Below are positions 57,308 through 64,000 of a stretch of DNA of 64,000 nt, one piece after another (within the stretch, counting starts at the first letter, position 1; every line of letters starts with the position of its first letter). Made by a program: the position numbers and the translations under genes. The stretch spans positions 5,742 through 69,741 of the forward strand of contig CAZJFL010000001.1 in the NCBI GenBank assembly GCA_964545575.1, written 5' to 3'. The stretch is from an uncultured Planctomycetales bacterium. Its GTDB lineage: Bacteria; Omnitrophota; Gorgyraeia; Gygaellales; Profunditerraquicolaceae. The notes below the pieces were generated by a model. It made no database searches. It was not told where the DNA came from and saw nothing but the letters and a program-made list of their open reading frames with translations.

Positions 57308-59998
57308 ATGGCCAATACGCTCTGGAAATTTATAGACGATAAAGCTACATTCCGCTCGACGGATGCGAACCGGATAAACACCCTCTACTTTCCGCTTTGT
57401 AATACCGCGCCCATAATGTCTTCGCTCTCACCCGATCTGCACGGAGACCTTAAAACCGGATTCCATTCCTTTTTATTGGAACCCGTATCACGCCTTGGGC
57501 TAAACAATTCAAAGTCCAGCCGTAACTTCTGGATATATGTAAACCCCCAAAAAATATGGTCAGCTACCGGCGTATCCAAAGATACCGGGATACAAAAAGA
57601 AGACAAGTTTAGCTTAGAGGCAGGGTTATTATGGCAGAAAATTACCCGCCAGAACAAAAAAATCGGCCTAAAATCAGAAATCACCTCCTTTATACCTGCT
57701 TCGGGAGAGCCGGTAGAAATAATGCATATCCGCATCGCCAATATTACGCAAAAAAAGATTAAGTATGTTGCTACCGCCGCCATCCCGGTATTCGGCAGGT
57801 CGGCAAATAATCTGCATGACCACCGCCACGTCACCAGCCTTCTGCAGCGGATTAAAAAAGGTAGATTCGGCGTCATGGTTAAGCCCGCGCTTTCTTTTGA
57901 TGAAACCGGGCATAAGAAAAATCTTACCTCTTATTTTGTGTTTGGCGTCGCTAGAAAAAATAGCCCTCCGGAATATATTTATTCTACGCAAGAAGCATTC
58001 GTGGGAGAATCTTCGGACTTGGAAGCTCCTGAAGCGGTGTTCAGGAATCTTAAACCGGAAAAAGATGCGCATGTCCAGGGCAAGGAAGCTATGGGAGCCT
58101 TAAGATTCAAAATGCAAACGTTAAAAGCAAAAGAATCCGCTTCCTACATTGTGCTTATGGGGATAACTAAAAATGAGGCTGAGATTGAGCGGATATTCGC
58201 CAGGTTTAATACTGAAGAAAAAATAGAAAAATCCCTGGAGGCTACAAAAATATACTGGCAGAAAAAGAGCGGCCAGATAAGCGTGGATACCAAAGACATT
58301 AATTTTGACCACTGGTTTAAATGGGTGAATATCCAGCCGGTTTTAAGAAAAATCTTCGGCTGTTCATTCCTGCCTGATTTTGACTACGGTAAGGGCGGCA
58401 GGGGCTGGCGCGACCTCTGGCAGGATTGCCTCGCCCTGACCTTAAATGACCCTAAAGAGGCCGGGCCGTTATTGGTAAATAATTTCTCCGGGGTGCGCAT
58501 CGACGGCTCAAACGCCACGATTATCGGGCCAAACCTAAGTGAGTTTATCGCCGACCGCAATGATATCCCCCGGGTCTGGATGGATCACGGAGTCTGGCCC
58601 TTGATCGCTACCTATTTATATATCCGGCAGACCGGAGATTTAAAGATCCTCCTGGAAGAAAGCGGATACTTCCGGGACCGCCAGCTATTCCGGAGCCAGA
58701 AAATAGACTCCGAATGGAAACCGGAATACGGCACCGAGCTAAAAACACACAATAACGCACCTTATAAAGGAAGCGTCCTGGAACACCTGCTGATTGAAAA
58801 CTTAGTGCAGTTTTTTAACGTCGGGCCGCATAACTTTATCCGCCTGGAAGGCGCGGACTGGAATGATGGGCTGGACATGGCCGAAAAATACGGCGAGAGC
58901 GTTGCATTTAGCTGCATGTATGCGCGCAACCTCCTGGTTATCGCTGAGCTGCTGGAGAAATTAGGCCAGGATAAAATCATGCTTTTAAAAGAGACCCTAC
59001 TCTTGTTAAACACCTTAAGAGAAACGCAGAGCAACTACTCCGATATAAACGCCAAACTCCGGACCCTGGATAAATATTTCCAGAATACAAAACACGGGGT
59101 ATCCGGCATAAAAGCAGCTATCCCTACCAAAGAATTAATCCGGGATCTTAAGGAAAAGGCGCTCTGGCTCTCTGAACACATCCGTAAAAACGAATGGTTA
59201 AAAGAGGGCTTCTTTAACGGATATTACAACAACGATAAGCAGAGGGTTGAGGGCAACCGGGGCGGAATTATGCGCATGACCCTTACTGCTTCCGCCCTGG
59301 CGGTAATGAGCGGGATGGCGACGAAAGAGCAGGCGAAAACTTTATTTCACAACGCCTCTAAATATTTAAAAGACAAAGGCCTCGGCGGGTTTCACCTGAA
59401 CACCGATTTTAAGGAAGAACAGCTTAATCTGGGCAGGGCGTTTTCTTTTGTCTACGGGGACAAAGAAAACGGCGCGGTCTTTAACCACATGTGCGCCCTG
59501 TTTGCTTACGGGTTATATAAACACGGATTGGCTAAAGAAGGCTATGAAGTAATCAGCTCTATTTATAATATGTCCGTCGATACCGAAAAGAGCAAAATTT
59601 ACCCCTGCCTGCCGGAATACTTTAATGCCGAGGGACGCGGCATGTATAGCTACCTGACCGGTTCAGCCAGCTGGTTTATCCTAACAGTCCTGATAGAGGT
59701 ATTCGGCGTGCGCGGGGAATACGGGGATTTAGTCATTGAACCGAAACTTAATACCGAGCAGTTCAAAAATAAAAATGCCATCTCTATTACCGCTAATTTT
59801 GCCGAGAGGCGGATTAAGGTCAGGTACGTTAATCCGCGTAAAAAGGGCTTTGGCAGCTACGCTATCCGCCGGGTAAGTTTTAACGGCAAGGATATCGCCG
59901 AGAATATCAAACAGCCGCGTTTCACTCTCTCCCGCAGTTATTTCATTTCACTTTGCCTTCCGGATAAACTCAATATTATCGAGGTCTTATTAGATTGA
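57308..59998 (+). CDS. Large glycoside hydrolase/phosphorylase-like protein (beta-sandwich plus (alpha/alpha)6-barrel; GH94/GH36-superfamily-like)
   Basis: 896 aa. The EGADWNDGLD segment is reminiscent of (alpha/alpha)6 glycosidases and phosphorylases. No family assignment is possible without a search. Confidence 0.3.
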   Translation: MANTLWKFIDDKATFRSTDANRINTLYFPLCNTAPIMSSLSPDLHGDLKTGFHSFLLEPVSRLGLNNSKSSRNFWIYVNPQKIWSATGVSKDTGIQKEDKFSLEAGLLWQKITRQNKKIGLKSEITSFIPASGEPVEIMHIRIANITQKKIKYVATAAIPVFGRSANNLHDHRHVTSLLQRIKKGRFGVMVKPALSFDETGHKKNLTSYFVFGVARKNSPPEYIYSTQEAFVGESSDLEAPEAVFRNLKPEKDAHVQGKEAMGALRFKMQTLKAKESASYIVLMGITKNEAEIERIFARFNTEEKIEKSLEATKIYWQKKSGQISVDTKDINFDHWFKWVNIQPVLRKIFGCSFLPDFDYGKGGRGWRDLWQDCLALTLNDPKEAGPLLVNNFSGVRIDGSNATIIGPNLSEFIADRNDIPRVWMDHGVWPLIATYLYIRQTGDLKILLEESGYFRDRQLFRSQKIDSEWKPEYGTELKTHNNAPYKGSVLEHLLIENLVQFFNVGPHNFIRLEGADWNDGLDMAEKYGESVAFSCMYARNLLVIAELLEKLGQDKIMLLKETLLLLNTLRETQSNYSDINAKLRTLDKYFQNTKHGVSGIKAAIPTKELIRDLKEKALWLSEHIRKNEWLKEGFFNGYYNNDKQRVEGNRGGIMRMTLTASALAVMSGMATKEQAKTLFHNASKYLKDKGLGGFHLNTDFKEEQLNLGRAFSFVYGDKENGAVFNHMCALFAYGLYKHGLAKEGYEVISSIYNMSVDTEKSKIYPCLPEYFNAEGRGMYSYLTGSASWFILTVLIEVFGVRGEYGDLVIEPKLNTEQFKNKNAISITANFAERRIKVRYVNPRKKGFGSYAIRRVSFNGKDIAENIKQPRFTLSRSYFISLCLPDKLNIIEVLLD

Positions 59999-60022
59999 TT
60001 GCGTGGTCTTTTAGGCGGGGGA

Positions 60023-60598
60023 TTAAAACTTATAGGTGATGCCGCCGACGGCAAACTGGTTGTTTATACCGCTGTTGGGCTGTTTGATGCCGGAATTGGA
60101 GAGGTGCCGGAAACGGTACTCTACGGTTAGCGCCCAGTTCTTATGGAAATACCAGTGCGCGCCTGCCCCGCCATATTCGTAAAAATTAAATTGCGTGGAT
60201 TGTTCGATAGTATGCTGGGACATATAAAGCACACCTGCTGAAGCCTTGATATAGGGCTGAATTGCAAAACTCTCGGGGAAAATCCCTATCTTTAAGGCAA
60301 AGCCGCTGCCTACCTCTACGTTGGCATTCGGGCTGGATACGCCGGAGATGTAATTCTCCAACTGAAATTGCATTAACATCGGCGGGTCCAGGCCTATTTT
60401 GCGGGTTAGTTTTTTAAGATTAAAATCTAAATCCAGGATAAGCGGGAAAAGGCAGTATTCTTTATCGCGCTTTAAATCCCCCCAGCCGTACCCTGTCAAA
60501 ACCTCAATACTCTGAAGGGTCCTGGCTTCTTCTTCGGCCCGGGCGCTGTTAGAGATTAAAAACAGAACCGCTAATGTAAGAAATAGATATTTTTTCAT
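60023..60598 (-). CDS. Outer-membrane beta-barrel protein (OmpA-like barrel / porin-family OMP_b-brl)
   Basis: A signal peptide, alternating amphipathic beta-strands and a C-terminal ...TYKF. Confidence 0.5.
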   Translation of the reverse strand: MKKYLFLTLAVLFLISNSARAEEEARTLQSIEVLTGYGWGDLKRDKEYCLFPLILDLDFNLKKLTRKIGLDPPMLMQFQLENYISGVSSPNANVEVGSGFALKIGIFPESFAIQPYIKASAGVLYMSQHTIEQSTQFNFYEYGGAGAHWYFHKNWALTVEYRFRHLSNSGIKQPNSGINNQFAVGGITYKF

Positions 60599-60651
60599 TA
60601 GAGGGAATTATACTGTTAAACCGCAGGGTTGTCAACGCCTTTTCTCTGGAG

Positions 60652-61620
60652 CTACTTCAAGATAAAATTAAACAGATAACCGGTAAAAATAATGCCCGCC
60701 CCTACGATTCCTGCGAATAGCGCCAGCAATTTTACCTTCATCGCTTTCTTTAAAATCATGAATTCCGGCAAAGACAGCCCGGTCACTGCCATCATAAATG
60801 CCAAAGTCGTACCCATGCTTACCCCTTTCTCGGTCAAAGCGCTTACTAAGGGGATGACTCCTGCGGCATTAGAATAAAGAGGTATGCCTATAAGGGTAGC
60901 TACCGGAACCACATACCATCTATTTCCGCCGGCATACCTGGCAAGAAAATCGCTCGGCACATAACCGTGTATCCAGGCGCCGACGCCTATACCGATAAGA
61001 AGATACGGCCAGACGCTCTTAATGACAAAAAGCGTATATTCTTTTGAGTATTTAATCCTCTCCTGCCGTGTCATTTGAAAATTAATAATCGCGGCGGCTG
61101 CGGAAGGTTTAAAATCCATATTCTCTAGGAGATTTTCTACTTTTAGCTGCCCGATAATTATTCCTGAAAGGGTAGCGATAACAAGGCCGCTAAGCGTATA
61201 TAACAACGCTATTTTTAAGCCGAACATACCCAAGAGTAAAACTAAGGCTACCTCGTTAATCATCGGCGAAGAAACCAGAAAAGAAAAAGTAACCCCCAAA
61301 GGCACGCCCACCTCGATGAACCCTAAGAAAAGAGGAATTGCGCTGCAGGTGCAAAAAGGAGTGATGATCCCGAAAACCGCTGCCAATATGTTGCCTATAT
61401 ATTTATTTCTGTGAGAAAGTATTTTTCTTATCTTTTCCGGGGGCAGGAATGAGCGGATTATCGATACGGCAAAGATTATTACCGCAAGTAGCAAAAATAT
61501 TTTTATCGTATCGTAGATAAAAAAGTTTACCGCTTCGGCAAGTAACGTCCCGGGAGAGATTAAGAAGACTTTATATGTTAACCACTCCGCAAATATTTTT
61601 ATCGGGTAAAATATATCCAT
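60652..61620 (-). CDS. DUF318/YraQ-family permease with two CxC motifs
   Basis: 322 aa polytopic protein with the PFCTCSAIP motif typical of the family. Confidence 0.55.
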   Translation of the reverse strand: MDIFYPIKIFAEWLTYKVFLISPGTLLAEAVNFFIYDTIKIFLLLAVIIFAVSIIRSFLPPEKIRKILSHRNKYIGNILAAVFGIITPFCTCSAIPLFLGFIEVGVPLGVTFSFLVSSPMINEVALVLLLGMFGLKIALLYTLSGLVIATLSGIIIGQLKVENLLENMDFKPSAAAAIINFQMTRQERIKYSKEYTLFVIKSVWPYLLIGIGVGAWIHGYVPSDFLARYAGGNRWYVVPVATLIGIPLYSNAAGVIPLVSALTEKGVSMGTTLAFMMAVTGLSLPEFMILKKAMKVKLLALFAGIVGAGIIFTGYLFNFILK

Positions 61621-61653
61621 GGCGCTTCCTATAGGACTGCTCCCTCGGCAATG

Positions 61654-62382
61654 TTATCTTAACGGCGCATCGTCTACCGTTGCGTATGTATTATAGGCAT
61701 CGCGAAGGCTTTCGGAAGCGTATTCGGGAGTCATTAAAGGTTTCCCGTAAGGAGAGAACAAAAAAGTTACGGTGTCATAAATGCCGGTAGCCAACCTGAA
61801 TATGGTCGTAACTATTCCGTTTGCCGTGCCCATAAAAAATCCTAAAAAGGGCCCTTTTTCCACTCCGATTCGAAACATACTGGCGGGCAGCTCGCAATAA
61901 CAGGTCAAGGTATTTGTCAGGCCTCTGGTTAATTTATTCAAAGGCGTCCTGTCATATTGCATATTCTGGGCGTCAATCACTTTTAAATTAATCTTCTGCA
62001 GTTTGCTTTTTTCCTTTTCTGCGGCAGTTACATTATTCGCGGCTGTTACGTTATCCACAGCCGTTGTATTGCTCACAGCCGTTACATTATCTACAGCCGT
62101 TATTTCGCTTGCAGCCGCCGTTATATTGCTGGCGGGCTCTGCGCTATCCGCTGCGGTTATATTAGCTATATCGGTTGCATTATTGGCGCCGGCCATATTA
62201 TCCGTATCCGTTATTTTGTTTATACCAACTACACTTTCTGCCTGAACTGCATTATTCATATCGGCCGCGTTATTCAGATCAAGAGGATTACTGGCCTGCG
62301 TCATATCGCTATCATCCGCAGAATAGGCCCGCGCATAGACCAGAGATACTAATATTATCGTAAAAATAAGCGCCTTTTTCAT
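61654..62382 (-). CDS. Secreted protein with N(V/I)TA hexapeptide tandem repeats and a conserved-looking C-terminal domain
   Basis: Signal peptide. About eight 18-nt repeats encode NVTAVD, NITAAD and similar. The C-terminal domain contains a CYC motif. Confidence 0.35.
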   Translation of the reverse strand: MKKALIFTIILVSLVYARAYSADDSDMTQASNPLDLNNAADMNNAVQAESVVGINKITDTDNMAGANNATDIANITAADSAEPASNITAAASEITAVDNVTAVSNTTAVDNVTAANNVTAAEKEKSKLQKINLKVIDAQNMQYDRTPLNKLTRGLTNTLTCYCELPASMFRIGVEKGPFLGFFMGTANGIVTTIFRLATGIYDTVTFLFSPYGKPLMTPEYASESLRDAYNTYATVDDAPLR

Positions 62383-62561
62383 TTGCTCCCTCCCGATTTT
62401 AAAATTTTTAAGCGCGTTTCTGTTTTGTAGGTTCTAGCGAGTATAGATTACACCAGAAGCAGGCCTAAATCAAGGGTAAAATTCAGGACGCAAGCCCCGG
62501 ACCTGCGTCGACCTAACCTCTTCTTTCTTCTTGGGCGAACCTGTAATTAGATTGCTACTTT

Positions 62562-62798
62562 CTACTCCCGCCAGAAATACAGCGCCGCGGTAAGGGCAAT
62601 ACCGACAAGATAAAGAAAAAACGTTCCTGAGATAAAATAGGGATACGCCATTAAGGCGAACCCGATAATCATAGGCCGCAAGAATTTATTTTTTTTACCA
62701 TACGCAAAAGCGACAAACCCAATCGCGCCGAAAATAACGCAAGCGAAGATTTTTGCCGCGTTAAAATCGCCAGCCTGTGGTAACCCGATACCTGCCAA
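62562..62798 (-). CDS. Small two-TM membrane protein
   Basis: 78 aa with two hydrophobic helices. A terminator follows the tRNA upstream of it. Confidence 0.3.
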   Translation of the reverse strand: MAGIGLPQAGDFNAAKIFACVIFGAIGFVAFAYGKKNKFLRPMIIGFALMAYPYFISGTFFLYLVGIALTAALYFWRE

Positions 62799-62831
62799 AA
62801 TCCACCTCCGTCTTGCTCGCTATTTTATACC

Positions 62832-62867
62832 AAAAACCCTCTGCAATATATTCTATCACAGAGGGTT
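62832..62867 (-). terminator. Intrinsic terminator downstream of tRNA-Asn
   Basis: On the minus RNA, CCCUCUG-(15 nt)-CAGAGGG is followed by UUUUUGG. Confidence 0.6.
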
Positions 62868-62878
62868 AGGAAATCAAA

Positions 62879-62951
62879 CTCCCCCGCGAGGACTCGAACC
62901 TCGGACCTGGTGGTTAACAGCCACTCGCTCTACCAACTGAGCTACGGGGGA
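62879..62951 (-). tRNA. tRNA-Asn(GTT), 73 nt, CCA not encoded
   Basis: UCCCCCG / CGGGGGA acceptor stem, D-arm GCUC-AGUUGGUA-GAGC, anticodon loop CUGUUAA, T-arm CGAGG-UUCGAGU-CCUCG. Confidence 0.85.
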
Positions 62952-63186
62952 ATAGATTTACCAAAAACTCTCTACCAATGCCTGACTTTAAATATTTCTC
63001 CCGGTTCCTTGCTACGTGTCTATTTAGAACCTCCTCTTTATAAATTAATTCGTAAGGCCTATGCCCTTTTGTATATTTGGAATCTCCAAAAATATGTTCT
63101 TTTAATCTATCTTCTGGATTTTTAGAAATTCCGATATAAAAACTACTATCTTTTTTACTTTTTAATACGTATACAAAATAACTCAT
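62914..63186 (-). CDS. GIY-YIG nuclease-superfamily protein (YhbQ/UPF0213-like), about 90 aa; its 3' end overlaps the 5' half of tRNA-Asn
   Basis: MSYFVYVLKSKKDSSFYIGISKNPEDRLKEH ... R ... E matches the GIY-YIG core (YVYxL ... YIG ... RL.EH). The ORF track's upstream extension translates the tRNA fragment and was discarded. Confidence 0.65.
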   Translation of the reverse strand: MSYFVYVLKSKKDSSFYIGISKNPEDRLKEHIFGDSKYTKGHRPYELIYKEEVLNRHVARNREKYLKSGIGREFLVNLFPRSSVGRASGC

Positions 63187-63189
63187 GTC

Positions 63190-63245
63190 AACAGCCACTC
63201 GCTCCCTGCCTGCCGGCAGGCAGGTACCAACTGAGCTACGGGGGA
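63190..63245 (-). pseudogene. Displaced duplicate of tRNA-Asn positions 1 to about 36, with a perfect 20-bp palindrome CCTGCCTGCCGGCAGGCAGG inserted between positions 21 and 22
   Basis: UCCCCCGUAGCUCAGUUGGUA [palindrome] GAGCGAGUGGCUGUU, with the GIY-YIG ATG starting 3 nt further on. It is identical to the intact gene apart from the insertion. Confidence 0.7.
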
Positions 63246-63300
63246 ATAAATCAAAGAACAAAATGCAAAACTATTATAATTAAACTGGTACTGAAGTCAA

Positions 63301-63900
63301 TTAAATTTCCCGGCGCGACTCCAGAGACTTGCTTAAAGTCACAGCGTCGGCATATTCCAGATTAGAACCCACAGGGATACCCATACCGATGCGGGTTAAT
63401 TTGACCGCCAAAGGCTTAATCAGTTTTGCCAGGTATAGCGCCGTAGTCTCTCCTTCGGTATCCGCGTCGGTAGCGATAATCACTTCTTTAATATTATTCT
63501 GTTTTATCCTGGTGAGCAGCCCGTCTATTTTTAAATCGCCGGGGCCCCTGCCTTCTAAAGGAGATATGGAACCCATCAGCACATGGTATGTGCCGTTTAA
63601 AGCGCCCGCCTTCTCTATCGCCGTTACGTCGCTGGGCCGCTCTACTATACAGATTATATCTTTTCTGCGGCGCGCGTCCTGGCAAATCTTACAGATTTCC
63701 TGCTCGCTTAAGTTATTGCAGATACTACAAAGCCGGACATTATGCTTCACGCCGGAAATAGCTTCGGAAAGGGACCTTATTTCTTCCTTAGGGGTGCTGA
63801 GTATGTAGCCGATAATGCGCTCGGCGCTGCGCCGGCCGATACCGGGCAGCTTGACTAATTTCTCGATCAGCTTTTCTATGGACTCCGTATAGGTAGACAT
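63301..63900 (-). CDS. recR: recombination protein RecR
   Basis: It has a helix-hairpin-helix, a C4 zinc finger CxxC...CxxC, and a Toprim domain. Confidence 0.9.
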   Translation of the reverse strand: MSTYTESIEKLIEKLVKLPGIGRRSAERIIGYILSTPKEEIRSLSEAISGVKHNVRLCSICNNLSEQEICKICQDARRRKDIICIVERPSDVTAIEKAGALNGTYHVLMGSISPLEGRGPGDLKIDGLLTRIKQNNIKEVIIATDADTEGETTALYLAKLIKPLAVKLTRIGMGIPVGSNLEYADAVTLSKSLESRREI

Positions 63901-63905
63901 GGCTA

Positions 63906-64000
63906 TTCTTTAATCACCCTGCCCTTGAATGTCTCCAGGACAGATTTAATAAAAGGGGTCTCGTCGCCGCTTTCTTCTCTGGATGCTTCTTGAGAAAGGA
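63906..64000 (-). CDS. 3' end of an upstream ORF that runs off the window, possibly a YbaB/EbfC-like partner of recR
   Basis: The frame is open to the window edge and ends at a TAG 2 nt before the recR start region. Only about 31 aa are visible. Confidence 0.25.

Noticed and set aside
62910-63125. 71-aa plus-strand ORF
   Set aside because: It is antisense to the GIY-YIG gene and to the tRNA-Asn gene, and it has no protein-like features.
62914-63261. 115-aa version of the GIY-YIG ORF as given in the ORF track
   Set aside because: The first 25 codons translate the duplicated tRNA fragment and the palindrome. The real start is most likely the ATG at 63186.

Overview
This is a 64-kb chromosomal window from a bacterium of roughly 45% GC, estimated by eye. 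It carries diderm envelope genes: LptF/LptG, LolCDE, MlaFED, an AsmA-like protein, an outer-membrane beta-barrel, a DsbD/CcdA-like protein and a TpsB/TpsA two-partner secretion pair. It also shows a strikingly Firmicutes-like gene order, mcsA-mcsB-clpC ... radA-yacL-ispD-ispF-cysE-cysS-tmk-holB, without ctsR or disA in the window. Almost everything is on the minus strand in long, tightly packed operons. They include amidase-murI-queD-queC-queE-queF-class I fumarase alpha/beta-rph-rdgB, a cluster running metG-tatD-...-thiL-tsaE-tsaB-alr, and a separate mcsAB-clpC-mlaEFD block. RNA genes are a tmRNA (ssrA) next to smpB, tRNA-Leu(CAG) and tRNA-Asn(GTT). The accessory or unusual content is as follows. 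There is a TpsB transporter with a roughly 2060-aa TpsA exoprotein that carries six 78-bp tandem repeats and an unassigned C-terminus, followed by three small exported or membrane proteins. There is a family of strictly 8-bp-periodic, palindromically arranged octamer arrays (GT[AG]TCAxx ... xxTGA[TC]AC) immediately upstream of mcsA and radA, with a three-unit fragment inserted in frame inside ispD. A related AT-rich periodic array sits upstream of cysE. An unrelated (CCGGATAA)x4.5 octamer microsatellite lies inside the fumarase alpha gene. A GC-rich 180-bp element with perfect 13-bp terminal inverted repeats sits between the TPR-protein gene and the DUF362-protein gene. The tRNA-Asn gene is preceded by a small GIY-YIG (YhbQ-like) nuclease gene and a displaced duplicate of the tRNA 5' half carrying a 20-bp palindrome. 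Finally, Maf and an M48 lipoprotein peptidase read through in frame as one ORF. No CRISPR array, transposase or integrase is visible. All calls come from reading the sequence and the translations, with no database searches.
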